DNA of 54,284 bases from an uncultured Chitinophagales bacterium (GTDB lineage: Bacteria; Bacteroidota; Rhodothermia; Balneolales; CAYWCV01), in contig CAZXGO010000005.1 of assembly GCA_964640035.1 (NCBI GenBank), positions 8,997 to 63,280 on the forward strand, given 5' to 3'. Below are positions 1-10,354 of the stretch, piece by piece. The position numbers and the translations under genes were made by a program. Numbering within the stretch: position 1 is the stretch's first letter; each line of letters begins with the position of its first letter. The notes beneath the pieces are model-generated. The model made no database searches and had not been told where the DNA came from. It saw nothing but the letters and a program-made list of their open reading frames with translations.

Positions 1-1230
1 CTTGATGCTGACGTCAACTATGATGTAGCCCGCGAGTTTACCCGTCGTGTAAAAGAAGCTGCTGAGGGTGAGAGTGTTATCACTGCCGTTTCGCCCGGAC
101 AGATGTTCACCAAAATCGTTTACGACGAGCTGGTACGCATTTTGGGCAAGGAAAAAGAAGATATTCGCATGGCGGCGAATCCGCCGACCGTAATTTTAAT
201 CGCGGGTTTGCAGGGATCGGGTAAAACGACATTCACAGCTAAATTAGCCAACCTGCTCAAAAGTCAGGGTCGCAAACCGATGCTGGCCGCTGCCGATGTC
301 TATCGTCCGGCAGCCGTAGAGCAGCTCAAGACGCTTGCCGGACAAATTGGCGTTCCGGTCTACTCCATTGAAGAAAAAAATGCCGTTCGGGTGGCTACGG
401 AGGCCCTGGAGGCCTGTAAAAGAAATATGTGCGATGTCCTCATCGTCGATACGGCAGGTCGTCTGCATGTCGACGAAGAGATGATGTCGGAGGTTGCAAA
501 GATCAAGCAGCTTCTCAAGCCCCATGAGACGCTCTTTGTGGTGGATGCCATGACGGGTCAGGATGCGGTCAACACCGCTCGCGAGTTCAACCAGCGTATA
601 GATTTTGACGGGGTTGTGCTCTCCAAATTGGATGGCGACACACGTGGGGGTGCTGCGCTTTCGGTGACCTATGTGGTCGAGAAGCCTATCAAGTTTATGA
701 GCACCGGCGAGAAGATGGATGCCATCTCGGTCTTCTATCCGGATCGTATGGCGCAGCGTATCCTCGGCATGGGTGATGTGATCTCGCTGGTAGAACGCGC
801 CCAGCAGCAGATCGACGAGGAGCAGGCAGCCAAGCTCAACGCCAAAATGCGCTCTAATACCTTCAACCTAGAGGATTTCCTCGATCAAATGCAGCAAATC
901 AAGCGCATGGGATCTATGAAAGACCTCCTGGCGATGATCCCAGGTATGAGCGGTGCTATGAAAGATTTACCTATCGACGACGATGCCCTCAAGCCCATTG
1001 AAGCCATCATCCGTTCCATGACTCCCGACGAGCGACGTAATCCCGATAAAATTAATGGTAGTCGCCGTAAGCGCATTGCGGCCGGATCGGGAACAGAAGT
1101 TCGTGATGTCAACGATCTTCTCAAACAATTTGAGCAGATGCGTAAGATGATGAAATCGATGACCAACATGGGCAAAATGAATCGATTGATGCAGGGGATG
1201 AAAGGAATCAATCCTGCGCTCAGAAGATAA
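1..1230 (+). CDS. ffh: Signal recognition particle protein Ffh (5'-truncated by window edge)
   Basis: Frame is open from base 1 (LDADVNY...). Motifs GLQGSGKTT, DVYRPAA, DTAGR and KLDGD, plus Met-rich M domain with SRRKRIAAGSG. First gene of the ffh-rpsP-rimM-trmD-rplS cluster. Confidence 0.98.
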   Translation, partial: LDADVNYDVAREFTRRVKEAAEGESVITAVSPGQMFTKIVYDELVRILGKEKEDIRMAANPPTVILIAGLQGSGKTTFTAKLANLLKSQGRKPMLAAADVYRPAAVEQLKTLAGQIGVPVYSIEEKNAVRVATEALEACKRNMCDVLIVDTAGRLHVDEEMMSEVAKIKQLLKPHETLFVVDAMTGQDAVNTAREFNQRIDFDGVVLSKLDGDTRGGAALSVTYVVEKPIKFMSTGEKMDAISVFYPDRMAQRILGMGDVISLVERAQQQIDEEQAAKLNAKMRSNTFNLEDFLDQMQQIKRMGSMKDLLAMIPGMSGAMKDLPIDDDALKPIEAIIRSMTPDERRNPDKINGSRRKRIAAGSGTEVRDVNDLLKQFEQMRKMMKSMTNMGKMNRLMQGMKGINPALRR

Positions 1231-1277
1231 TCCACTAATCAAAACAAACATCAAACCATAAATCTGAGGAGATCACA

Positions 1278-1985
1278 TTGGTTAAAATCCGACTCCAACG
1301 GCATGGACGCAAGAAAAAGCCGTATTATCACATTGTTGCAGCCGACGTACGAGCAAAACGTGATGGTAAAATCATCGAAGACTTAGGTCGCTACGATCCG
1401 GTTGGTTCTGTAACGAAGGTAACCCTCAAAACAGACCGCGTTATCCACTGGCTCAAAACCGGAGCTCAACCTACCGACACAGTACGTGCCATCCTGAAAA
1501 AAGAGGGTGTTATGTACCGTATTCACCTCATGGGTTGGGGTAAATCGGAAGAAGAAATTAATGCAACCCTCGAAGCCTGGAAAAATGCCAAAGGTACCAA
1601 AGTGGCTAAAACAGGTGCTGAATTGATGCGCGAGCGCCTCAAAGCAGAAGAGGAATCCTACAAGGTAACTCAGGCTGAAAAAGCTAAAAAAGCTGAAGAA
1701 GCTGCCAAAAGAGCCGCTGAGGCACCAGCTGAAGCACCAGCTGAAGAAGCCGTTGAAGCCGCTGCAGAAGAAACAGCTGCAGAAGAATCCGCTGAAGCTG
1801 CTGAAGCTGTTGAAGCAAGTGAAGCTCCTGCCGAAGTTGCTGCCAGCGAAGAAGCTGCTGAAGAAGGTGTAGTCGAAGAAGCGCCAGCTGAAGAAGCTGC
1901 TGCTGAAGAAGCACCAGTAGAAGAAGCTCCTGCTGAGGAATCGCCAGCCGAAGAAGCCAGCGACGAAGAGAATAAGGAAGCCTAA
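1278..1985 (+). CDS. rpsP: 30S ribosomal protein S16 with long acidic Ala/Glu/Pro C-terminal tail
   Basis: VKIRLQRHGRKKKPYYHIVAAD...GAQPTDTV. TTG start preceded by GAGGAG. Confidence 0.97.
   Translation: MVKIRLQRHGRKKKPYYHIVAADVRAKRDGKIIEDLGRYDPVGSVTKVTLKTDRVIHWLKTGAQPTDTVRAILKKEGVMYRIHLMGWGKSEEEINATLEAWKNAKGTKVAKTGAELMRERLKAEEESYKVTQAEKAKKAEEAAKRAAEAPAEAPAEEAVEAAAEETAAEESAEAAEAVEASEAPAEVAASEEAAEEGVVEEAPAEEAAAEEAPVEEAPAEESPAEEASDEENKEA
1690..1980 (+). repeat. Low-complexity coding repeat (GAAGAAGC/GCTGAAG units) encoding the EEAPAEEA tail of S16
   Basis: Repeated gaagaagc, gctgaag and gcaccagctgaa units are directly visible. Confidence 0.85.
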
Positions 1986-2010
1986 ACCCTTCCAAAAGGG
2001 GGAGGCCGTC

Positions 2011-2550
2011 ATGACCACCAACAAACAGATCCATCAAAGCTTCGATACCATCGGTACGGTGGGAAAGCCTCATGGATTGAAAGGTGAGTTTGGCGTTCGA
2101 ACCCAAGTGCCCTATCCGGAGCAGCTGCTCGAGCTTGACAGAGTGTATCTGTTGGGCGATTTCGGGATGCTGCAGCCCTACACGATACGATCATCACGAT
2201 TAGATCTGCAGGGTAATCGGCAAACGTTCTTTGTTAATTTGGAAATGGTCGCTGATCGAAATGCAGCAGCGGCTCTGTCAGGGAAAGAAATCTTCATTGA
2301 AACAGGTCGTATCGACCTGGACGACGACGACCCTGACGACCTAAGCGGCTATCGCGTACTCAACGAGAAGGGAACGACGATCGGGGAAGTCCTCGAAACC
2401 TTGGAAAATCCAGCACACCCCATCCTTCGAACACGTATCGACGGAAAAGGTGAGGTGCTTATCCCGTTTGTTGAAGCATTTGTGTATCAAATCGATGATG
2501 ATGAAGCCACGGTAACGCTGGTTGATATCGAAGGATTACTCGAATTATGA
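2011..2550 (+). CDS. rimM: 16S rRNA processing protein RimM
   Basis: IGTVGKPHGLKGE, DRNAAAALSG, VLIPFV. Lies between rpsP and trmD. Confidence 0.95.
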   Translation: MTTNKQIHQSFDTIGTVGKPHGLKGEFGVRTQVPYPEQLLELDRVYLLGDFGMLQPYTIRSSRLDLQGNRQTFFVNLEMVADRNAAAALSGKEIFIETGRIDLDDDDPDDLSGYRVLNEKGTTIGEVLETLENPAHPILRTRIDGKGEVLIPFVEAFVYQIDDDEATVTLVDIEGLLEL

Positions 2551-3242
2551 TACGTTTCGATCTTCTTAGTGCGGTTCCAGAGCTATTGGTATCACCATTG
2601 AACCATAGTATTGTAAAAAATGCTCGTGACAAGGCGCTACTTGATGTACACCTTCACGATTTGCATGATTACTCAGAGGATAAACATCGAAAAATCGATG
2701 ATACTCCCTATGGCGGTGGTGCCGGAATGGTGATGAGTCCGCAACCCATTTACTCCTGCATCCAGCAGCTTTTGTCGGAGCGTCCTTACGACGAAATTGT
2801 GTTTATGGCTCCCGATGGGATCCCGTTTACACAGACCGAAGCGAATATGCTATCCACAAAAAAGAACATCATCATCTTGTGTGGACATTACAAAGGAGTA
2901 GATCATAGAATACGCGACCATGTGATTACACGCGAGTATAGCATCGGTGATTATGTACTATCGGGAGGCGAGCTTCCTGCTTTAGTTATCGTTGATGCCG
3001 TTGCCCGTCTGATACCTGGGGTTATTGGGGATGCTGAAAGCGCCTTAAAAGACTCCTTTCAGGACGGACTACTCGATTGTGAGGCTTACACCCGACCGGC
3101 TACCTTCAATGGATGGAAGGTGCCCGAAGTGCTCACTGGTGGAGATCACGCCAAAATTGAGAAATGGAGGCATGAAAATGCTTTGGAACGGACGAAGCGT
3201 CTTCGTCCCGACATGTATGAAACCTATTTGAATGAACAATAA
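2547..3242 (+). CDS. trmD: tRNA (guanine37-N1)-methyltransferase
   Basis: [20 protein letters not shown] and [11 protein letters not shown] motifs. Confidence 0.98.
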   Translation: MIRFDLLSAVPELLVSPLNHSIVKNARDKALLDVHLHDLHDYSEDKHRKIDDTPYGGGAGMVMSPQPIYSCIQQLLSERPYDEIVFMAPDGIPFTQTEANMLSTKKNIIILCGHYKGVDHRIRDHVITREYSIGDYVLSGGELPALVIVDAVARLIPGVIGDAESALKDSFQDGLLDCEAYTRPATFNGWKVPEVLTGGDHAKIEKWRHENALERTKRLRPDMYETYLNEQ

Positions 3243-3268
3243 ACAGCCCAGCCAGCAAGGAAAATAAG

Positions 3269-3616
3269 ATGGAAACGATAAAACTAGTCGATAACACGCA
3301 GGCAAACGAGTTACCGGAATTCTTTCCGGGCGACACCGTGAATATCCACTACCGTGTACGTGAAGGCGAAAAAGAGCGTATTCAGCAGTACGAAGGGGTG
3401 GTCATTTCTATTCGCGGAGCAGGCGCAAGCCGCACGTTCACCGTACGTAAAATCTCAAACAACGTCGGCGTAGAGCGTATTTTCCCGGTAGTGTCTCCTT
3501 ACATTGCTCAAATGGACATCAAAAAACGCGGCCGTGTACGTCGCGCCAAGTTGTTCTATCTGCGCGAGCTTACCGGTAAAGCTGCACGTATCCGCGAAAA
3601 AACACAGAACCGCTAA
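3269..3616 (+). CDS. rplS: 50S ribosomal protein L19
   Basis: PGDTV...EGEKERIQ...[15 protein letters not shown]...[12 protein letters not shown]. Confidence 0.98.
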   Translation: METIKLVDNTQANELPEFFPGDTVNIHYRVREGEKERIQQYEGVVISIRGAGASRTFTVRKISNNVGVERIFPVVSPYIAQMDIKKRGRVRRAKLFYLRELTGKAARIREKTQNR

Positions 3617-3638
3617 GTCGATCCTGTGCATTTGGAAT

Positions 3639-3675
3639 AAAAAAGGGGTCGGTGCTCAGCGCCGACCCCTTCTCT
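3639..3675. terminator. Intrinsic terminator between convergent rplS and mrp, probably bidirectional
   Basis: AAGGGGTCGG (3643-3652) / CCGACCCCTT (3662-3671) inverted repeat. A6 tract on the left gives a U tract on the minus strand; pyrimidine run on the right. Confidence 0.85.
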
Positions 3676-3695
3676 GTATGTAGGAGTTCCATCGT

Positions 3696-4787
3696 TTAAC
3701 GAAAGAGGATATCGATTTTTTTGGTTGCCGGTAAAGAGGCATTGCGCACCGAAATCGATTGAGCAGTCTTTTCCGAGATAGCCGTCAGAGCGCGTGCACT
3801 CTCCGAGTCGGGATTGCGTAACACAACTGGAACACCCTCGTCACCGCCTTCACGTACCACTTGCTCCAGGGGAACCTCACCCAGAAATGGAACCTCGAGG
3901 GATTCAGCCAGTTTACGCGCACCATCTTTTCCAAAGATATGGTGTTTATTTCCAGCTGGATCCATAAACCATGCCATATTTTCGATTATTCCGAGAATAG
4001 GCACATTTACTTTTTTGAACATCGCCACACCTTTGCGGGCATCTTCAAGAGCCACGTCTTGGGGAGTTGAAACAATAACAGCCCCGGTGAGAGGAACATT
4101 CTGAACGATGGTCAGTTGAATATCACCCGTACCAGGTGGCATATCCAAAATGAGGTAGTCGAGCTCGCCCCATTCGGCATCGCTCAAAAACTGACGAACG
4201 GCACTCGATACCATGGGACCACGCCATATTACAGCCTGGTCCGGATCTACCATAAACCCCATCGATAACAATTTAACGCCATATTTTTCCAAAGGAATCA
4301 ACTTACGGCGCACACTGATATCTGGTCGCTCGTTGATGTCGAACATCACTGGAATGCTAGGGCCATAAATATCCGTATCCACAATTCCCACCTTTGCACC
4401 GGCCTTAGCAAGTGCGATCGCCAGATTAACGGATACGGTTGATTTGCCAACGCCACCTTTCCCAGATGCTACTGCGATGATATTTGCAACCTCACTAGCC
4501 AGCGTTTGATCACCTTGACCATCGGTTCGGTTCTTTTGAACATTTGCCGTCATCGTTACGGTCACTTCAGCGTCACTATCAACAAGATGTTTAACGGCAT
4601 TAATACACGCTCGCTCAATCTCCGCCTTTAGCGGACAGGCAGGTGTAGTTAAATTAACGGTGAAGGAAACCTTTTTTCCGTCAACGGCGATATCATGAAC
4701 CATGTTTAGGGTAATGAGATCTTCTCCCAGATCCGGTTCAATTACATTGCTCAGCGCATCGCGAACGCTCTCGATAGATAGTGCCAT
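3696..4787 (-). CDS. mrp: Mrp/ApbC/NBP35 family Fe-S cluster carrier ATPase with N-terminal DUF59-like domain
   Basis: LTTPACP, ASGKGGVGKS, DIYGPSIP, WRGPM, DMPPGTGD, ENM motifs. Confidence 0.93.
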   Translation of the reverse strand: MALSIESVRDALSNVIEPDLGEDLITLNMVHDIAVDGKKVSFTVNLTTPACPLKAEIERACINAVKHLVDSDAEVTVTMTANVQKNRTDGQGDQTLASEVANIIAVASGKGGVGKSTVSVNLAIALAKAGAKVGIVDTDIYGPSIPVMFDINERPDISVRRKLIPLEKYGVKLLSMGFMVDPDQAVIWRGPMVSSAVRQFLSDAEWGELDYLILDMPPGTGDIQLTIVQNVPLTGAVIVSTPQDVALEDARKGVAMFKKVNVPILGIIENMAWFMDPAGNKHHIFGKDGARKLAESLEVPFLGEVPLEQVVREGGDEGVPVVLRNPDSESARALTAISEKTAQSISVRNASLPATKKIDILFR

Positions 4788-4937
4788 AGTATTGTCTAAA
4801 TTTTCAACAAGATACGGAGCCTAAGACCTCGTTTGAATAACAAAGTCAGAATTTATATCACCCAACAACAAATTATGGTGTAAAGTTTACCGATGGGGTC
4901 GTACCTTTACGATGATTAATGCTATCTAATTTTCATA

Positions 4938-5297
4938 ATGAAATACCATATTCAACAAGCCCCTGTTCGCATTCCTGTGCCAGGAAATAAACGTATCGAT
5001 GAATATATCGGTAAAGCCAGCACAAAAAATGAAGAGGTTTCTGTTGCCCATATGATCGCTCCACCCGGTTGGACCGAACCTGTTCAAATCCCCGAATTTG
5101 ACGAAATAACCATAATTCTAAGGGGAAAAATGCGTATCCTTATCGACCAAAATGAGCATATTGATTTACAGGCAGGGAATAGCATTACATTATCCCGAAA
5201 CGTACCCGTTCAGTATAGCAATCCCTTTCAAGAAGAATGTGAATATTGGGCCATATGTCTACCTGCTTTCAGCGTAGACACCGCTGGCAGGCAATAA
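4938..5297 (+). CDS. Small cupin-domain protein
   Basis: SVAHMIAPPGWTEP.Q.PEFDE...LRG and ...YSNPF...EY.AICLPAFS cupin-like pattern. Confidence 0.75.
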   Translation: MKYHIQQAPVRIPVPGNKRIDEYIGKASTKNEEVSVAHMIAPPGWTEPVQIPEFDEITIILRGKMRILIDQNEHIDLQAGNSITLSRNVPVQYSNPFQEECEYWAICLPAFSVDTAGRQ

Positions 5298-5327
5298 GAT
5301 TTTAGTTGAGTTCTGCACTCTTTAATT

Positions 5328-6428
5328 ATGCTAAAAAGAACACCTTTTTACGAGTCACATAAAAATGCCGGGGCCAAACTCATCGATTTTGGTGGTTTTG
5401 AAATGCCCGTTCACTATGAAGGTATTAAAATTGAACACCATGCTGTTCGACAGGCGGCCGGCCTTTTCGATGTGAGTCATATGGGAGAAGTCATCGTTGA
5501 AGGTCCTTCGGCACTGGAATTCTTACAACAGATTACCATCAATGATGTAAGTAAATTGCACATCGGCAAAGCACAGTATTCTGCGATGTGCTACCCGCAC
5601 GGAGGTATCGTCGATGATTTGATCATCTATATGCTGGATGACCAGCGATACCTATTGGTCATTAATGCATCCAATCGAGAAAAGGACGTTCAGTGGATGA
5701 GAGATCATCTTATCGAAGGGGTCCGGCTCAGCGATGAATCGGATGACTATTGCCTATTGGCATTACAAGGGCCTTCATCGCAAGCGATTTTGTCTACATT
5801 AACGACTGCCGATATTGGCTCTATACCCTATTATCATTTTACAGAATCGAGTGTAGCGAACTTTTCGAATGTTATCATTTCTGCAACAGGCTATACTGGT
5901 GAACCAGGCTTTGAAATCTACTTTAAGCCAGGTAATCAAGATCCGAACATCATGTGGGATGCGATGATGACTGCAGGCGAACCTTTCGGCATCAAGGCCT
6001 GTGGATTGGGAGCTCGCGATACCCTCCGTCTGGAGATGGGATATGCATTATACGGAAATGACATTTCTGACAAACGAACCCCTATCGAAGCCGGATTGGG
6101 ATGGATAACAAAGTTGAACAAAGGCTCCTTTATTGCCAGTGATGTTCTTGCCACCCTGAAAGAGCTGGGTACCCAGCAAAAGCTCATTGGTTTTGTGATG
6201 GATGACGAAAAAGCCATCCCCAGATCTCATTTTGAAGTTAAAAATGATCAAGGCGAAATAATAGGCGAAGTAACCAGCGGCACTCAGTCGGTCACATTGG
6301 GTATTGGCATTGGCATGGCTTACCTTGATTCAGAATATGCTTCACCGAATCAGAAAATCTATATAGACATTCGTGGTAAACGTGCTCCGGCAACGACCCA
6401 AAAACCCCCATTTGTGCATAAAAAATGA
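5328..6428 (+). CDS. gcvT: Glycine cleavage system aminomethyltransferase T
   Basis: GLFDVSHMGE, TGYTGEPGFE, GLGARDTLRLE, GEVTSG. Confidence 0.97.
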   Translation: MLKRTPFYESHKNAGAKLIDFGGFEMPVHYEGIKIEHHAVRQAAGLFDVSHMGEVIVEGPSALEFLQQITINDVSKLHIGKAQYSAMCYPHGGIVDDLIIYMLDDQRYLLVINASNREKDVQWMRDHLIEGVRLSDESDDYCLLALQGPSSQAILSTLTTADIGSIPYYHFTESSVANFSNVIISATGYTGEPGFEIYFKPGNQDPNIMWDAMMTAGEPFGIKACGLGARDTLRLEMGYALYGNDISDKRTPIEAGLGWITKLNKGSFIASDVLATLKELGTQQKLIGFVMDDEKAIPRSHFEVKNDQGEIIGEVTSGTQSVTLGIGIGMAYLDSEYASPNQKIYIDIRGKRAPATTQKPPFVHKK

Positions 6429-7156
6429 GTAAACGCTCCATAGAAGTATTTTCTACTGCCCAGTCATTTCAGGAAGACGAAGTCCGCAGTAAAACGGTTA
6501 TCGTTATCGATGTGTTGAGAGCAAGCTCAAGCATGGTAACAGCCTTTGTGAACGGTGCAAAAGGAATTATTCCCGTCGAAGACATGTCAGCAGCAAGTAG
6601 AATTGCCGCTAATTTAGACACGAAAAGTGTGATCTTATGCGGTGAAAAAGACGGCCATAAGATTGCTGGTTTTCAGTATGGTAATTCACCCATGGAATTT
6701 TCCAAAGAAACGGTTGAAGGCCGCACCATGATCCTTCATACCACAAATGGTACCAAAGCAGTTACCAGGGCAGCCCTTGCCAGTAGAATTATGATTGGAT
6801 GTTTTCTGAATGCAGGAGCTGTTGTGGAAGAATTAAAGAAATATGACGATGACATCATTCTTATCTGCGCCGGTTGGAAAACCCGTCTGTCGCTGGAAGA
6901 CATGCTATGTGCAGGATTAATCATCGACCGTCTTATGGATGGCACAATAGATGAAGAAGCCACCGATGGGGCAAAAATGGCCCATCTTCTCTATAAGAAT
7001 TATGAGGATGATATCGAAGGTGCCGTACTCAAAAGCAGCCACGCTCGTCGTTTAGAAGGAATTGCACATCCCAATGATATCTTTTATTGTAGTCAAATAG
7101 ACCTAATATCAATAGTTCCACACGTTAATATGAAAGACGGGATTATTTTATCTTAG
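6425..7156 (+). CDS. comB: 2-phosphosulfolactate phosphatase family protein
   Basis: IDVLRASS, CGEKDG..I.GF..GNSP.E, TTNGT, LEDMLCAG. ATGA overlap with gcvT. Confidence 0.9.
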   Translation: MSKRSIEVFSTAQSFQEDEVRSKTVIVIDVLRASSSMVTAFVNGAKGIIPVEDMSAASRIAANLDTKSVILCGEKDGHKIAGFQYGNSPMEFSKETVEGRTMILHTTNGTKAVTRAALASRIMIGCFLNAGAVVEELKKYDDDIILICAGWKTRLSLEDMLCAGLIIDRLMDGTIDEEATDGAKMAHLLYKNYEDDIEGAVLKSSHARRLEGIAHPNDIFYCSQIDLISIVPHVNMKDGIILS

Positions 7157-7162
7157 TCTGGA

Positions 7163-9718
7163 ATGGAAAAGTCCAAAAAAAATAGTGCTGATTCTACACC
7201 AGGTCTCAAAACGATAAGCTCGCAAAGAAAACTCGAGATTTTCGGTATTGTCCTGATAGGTATCGCTGTTCTCGTTGGCGTAAGTATCCTGACGTATGAT
7301 GATGCTGATCGTTCGTTTATTCAATCGCTCGGTGTTCCCGGGGTAAGCCCAGTCGACGAAGGTTCACAACGTGTTAAAAATGGCCTCGGTGTATTGGGAG
7401 CTTGGATTTCCCACGGATTCGTCAAAAATGGATTCGGCTATTTTAGCTTACTCATCCCGCTCCTAACCATTTACTATGGATGGTACATATTTAGAAGTAA
7501 GCCATTGCTTCACCTGAATGGAATTACCATGTTGGTGACCTATCTCATGTTTCTTCTTGCTACGCTAACGGGATACCTCCGATATGCCCTCGATTTAGAG
7601 GAAGCATTTGGCTTCACCTGGGCAGGAACAGTTGGGATCACTCTATCTGGTTTATTACTTAAATACACGGGTGAAGTGGGCACCCCAATCATTTTGGGAA
7701 TACTCTTGTTGGTAACGGGCTTGTTTGTCATAGATAAGGATGTTCAGGGGCTCATCGACAGAATCAAACAGTGGAAACAAGATAGAGACCAACGTATTGC
7801 ACAAAAGGCATCTGAAATTGCCGAAAAGAAGGCATCGCCGGTATATTTCGAAGACGAACCCCTCACCAAAGGTGTTCGCAAGCAAGTAAAGCCGAATCAG
7901 GTGGATTCGGATGCCACGGATGAATCATCGAATGTGGTAGAATCAAAGAAAGATGCCCGAATGAGCCTTGAAGAAGAGCAGCAGGCGTCCATACAAGCTA
8001 CTATTGCCGAATCGCGCCGCCGGGCTGAAGAGCGTCGCAAAGCAGAAGATGCAGACAGAGTGTACTTAGAGTCGATGCCCCCTCGGGCCGTGCTTGAAAA
8101 AAAGCAACCTGAAGAGGGTGTGGCATCGCATGATGATGTCGAGGTCAAAGTTTTTGTTGGTGAAGAAGATGAACAAGCCAGTGGTGATGAACTTGCACGC
8201 AGACAAAAAACCCTCGAGCGACAAATCCCCGAAATACGCTACAGTTTTCCAACGCTAAACTTACTTGATACCCCACCGAATGAGGGTAAAGAGATCGATT
8301 ATGCGGAGATCGACGAAACGAAAGAAATCATCCTGGAAAAGTTGCGTCGACACAACATTGAAATCATCAGTATAGAAGCTATCGTTGGACCAACGGTCAC
8401 TCTCTATGAACTCACGCCTGCACCGGATGTGAAAATCAGCCGAATTGAAAGCTATGCCGATGACCTCAAGATGGCCATGGCGGTACACGGATTGCGTATC
8501 ATTGCTCCTATTCCTGGTAAGGCTGCAGTAGGAATTGAGGTTCCGAATCAAAAAAGAGAGGTGGTATATGCAAAATCGGTGATCAATACGCGCAAGTTTG
8601 TTGAAACCGATATGGATCTGCCCGTCGCTTTTGGCAAAACGATCGAAAATGAAATTTTCATGATCGATTTAACCAAGATGCCGCACCTTCTCATAGCTGG
8701 TGCTACCGGATCCGGTAAGTCGGTAGGTATTAATACCATCTTAACCTGTTTGTTGTTTAAATGCCATCCGGAGAATCTGAAGTTTGTACTCATCGATCCT
8801 AAAAAAATTGAATTATCGCTATATCAGAGTATACAACACCATTTTCTAGCGACGCTACCCCATTTTGAAGAGGCTATTATTACAGACACCTCCCGAGTAC
8901 TTGAGATGTTGAATAGTGTGTGTAAGGAAATGGATGAGCGCTATGATCTGCTCAAGATGGCTATGGTGCGCGACTTGAAGGCATACAATACAAAATTCAA
9001 AGCAAATCAGCTCGAGCCCGACTTGGGCCACAAATATCTGCCCTATATCGTGGTCATCATTGATGAAATGGCTGACTTAATGATTACTGCCGGTCGCCAG
9101 ATTGAAGAGCCTATCGCTCGTATCGCTCAGCTCGCACGTGCAGTAGGCATCCACCTGGTCGTTGCAACCCAACGTCCATCAGTAAATGTGATTACCGGAA
9201 CCATCAAAGCAAACTTTCCAGCGCGTATTGCCTATAAAGTGGCATCTAAAGTTGATTCCCGTACTATTTTAGATACTATGGGGGCCGACCAACTCGTTGG
9301 ACGTGGCGATATGCTCTTCTCTGCGGGTGGACCCATGGTACGAATCCAGAATGCCTTTATATCGACCGAAGAAGTTGAACGCATTACTGCTCATATTGGT
9401 AATCAACAAGGTTATGATCGTCGGTATATGTTACCGGTTATTGAAGATCCAAACGGCGGTGATAGTGCCCAGAATGCAATAGAAGATCGGGATACACTTT
9501 TTGAGGACGCGGCTCGCGTTGTTGTTATGCATCAACAAGGATCGGTTTCTCTGCTACAGCGCAAGCTAAAAGTGGGTTACGGTCGAGCCGGTCGACTCAT
9601 CGATCAACTTTTTAATGCTGGCATTGTTGGTAAATATCAAGGTAGCTCTGCTCGTCAGGTACTTATTGCAGACGAAGAAGAATTGGAAAACCATTTACGA
9701 GATCTCGATGCTGACTAA
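7163..9718 (+). CDS. ftsK: DNA translocase FtsK
   Basis: N-terminal TM domain, linker, PHLLIAGATGSGKS, IIDEMADLM, ATQRPS, gamma domain LQRKLKVGYGRAGRLID. Confidence 0.97.
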   Translation: MEKSKKNSADSTPGLKTISSQRKLEIFGIVLIGIAVLVGVSILTYDDADRSFIQSLGVPGVSPVDEGSQRVKNGLGVLGAWISHGFVKNGFGYFSLLIPLLTIYYGWYIFRSKPLLHLNGITMLVTYLMFLLATLTGYLRYALDLEEAFGFTWAGTVGITLSGLLLKYTGEVGTPIILGILLLVTGLFVIDKDVQGLIDRIKQWKQDRDQRIAQKASEIAEKKASPVYFEDEPLTKGVRKQVKPNQVDSDATDESSNVVESKKDARMSLEEEQQASIQATIAESRRRAEERRKAEDADRVYLESMPPRAVLEKKQPEEGVASHDDVEVKVFVGEEDEQASGDELARRQKTLERQIPEIRYSFPTLNLLDTPPNEGKEIDYAEIDETKEIILEKLRRHNIEIISIEAIVGPTVTLYELTPAPDVKISRIESYADDLKMAMAVHGLRIIAPIPGKAAVGIEVPNQKREVVYAKSVINTRKFVETDMDLPVAFGKTIENEIFMIDLTKMPHLLIAGATGSGKSVGINTILTCLLFKCHPENLKFVLIDPKKIELSLYQSIQHHFLATLPHFEEAIITDTSRVLEMLNSVCKEMDERYDLLKMAMVRDLKAYNTKFKANQLEPDLGHKYLPYIVVIIDEMADLMITAGRQIEEPIARIAQLARAVGIHLVVATQRPSVNVITGTIKANFPARIAYKVASKVDSRTILDTMGADQLVGRGDMLFSAGGPMVRIQNAFISTEEVERITAHIGNQQGYDRRYMLPVIEDPNGGDSAQNAIEDRDTLFEDAARVVVMHQQGSVSLLQRKLKVGYGRAGRLIDQLFNAGIVGKYQGSSARQVLIADEEELENHLRDLDAD

Positions 9719-10334
9719 AACATATGTTATTGGCTTGTGGCTGCTACTGCTTCTTGCAATACCAGCCTTAGCCCAAAAATCAACGGGAAATAAACAGTTT
9801 GATCAACTGAGGAGTCGCTTTGAAAAGGGCGAACTTTTTCAATCGCAACTCAACCATCAGTTTATAGATTCATACACCAACGATACTACGCTAACCCTTG
9901 GTGAAATACTCATAGACAAATCCCGCTATCGTCTTTCTACCTCTACAGGCGTAGTGTTAGTTGATGGAAAAACCTCCCATGTATATAACCCTGAAAAAAA
10001 CCAGGTTATTATCAGTTCCTATAATCCGGAAGAGGATGAATATGCTCCATCTCGTTTCTTATTCGGGTCATTGAGTGAGTATGTCATTCGAAATGGTCCA
10101 ATGCGCAATAAAAATAGCACGGTAGTTATGACCTCAAACGACCCTTTTGCGCTATTTACGAAGGTTGAAATTGAATTGAATGAACAGGCGATACCTGTTC
10201 GTATTACTGCTATTGATCAAAGTGACAATGTGATTGTATCACGTTTTTCTTTTGGGAAATTTACTACTCCAACACCGCAGTCATTTTTACTTTCGTATCC
10301 AAAGTCGGCAGAGATCATCGATCTACGAAATTAG
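9708..10334 (+). CDS. lolA: Outer-membrane lipoprotein carrier LolA-like protein
   Basis: Signal peptide from ATG 9708 (in frame with the ORF-track 9615 start). VDGKT..VYNPEKNQVII pattern, C-terminal P..AEIIDLR, conserved ftsK-lolA order. Confidence 0.8.
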   Translation: MLTKTYVIGLWLLLLLAIPALAQKSTGNKQFDQLRSRFEKGELFQSQLNHQFIDSYTNDTTLTLGEILIDKSRYRLSTSTGVVLVDGKTSHVYNPEKNQVIISSYNPEEDEYAPSRFLFGSLSEYVIRNGPMRNKNSTVVMTSNDPFALFTKVEIELNEQAIPVRITAIDQSDNVIVSRFSFGKFTTPTPQSFLLSYPKSAEIIDLRN

Positions 10335-10354
10335 AGCGTCATTAAGGAGCAAGC

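Noticed and set aside
1383-2106. Long antisense ORFs (213 and 140 aa) rich in F/S or L/Q
   Set aside because: Shadows of the low-complexity GAA/GCT repeat in rpsP.
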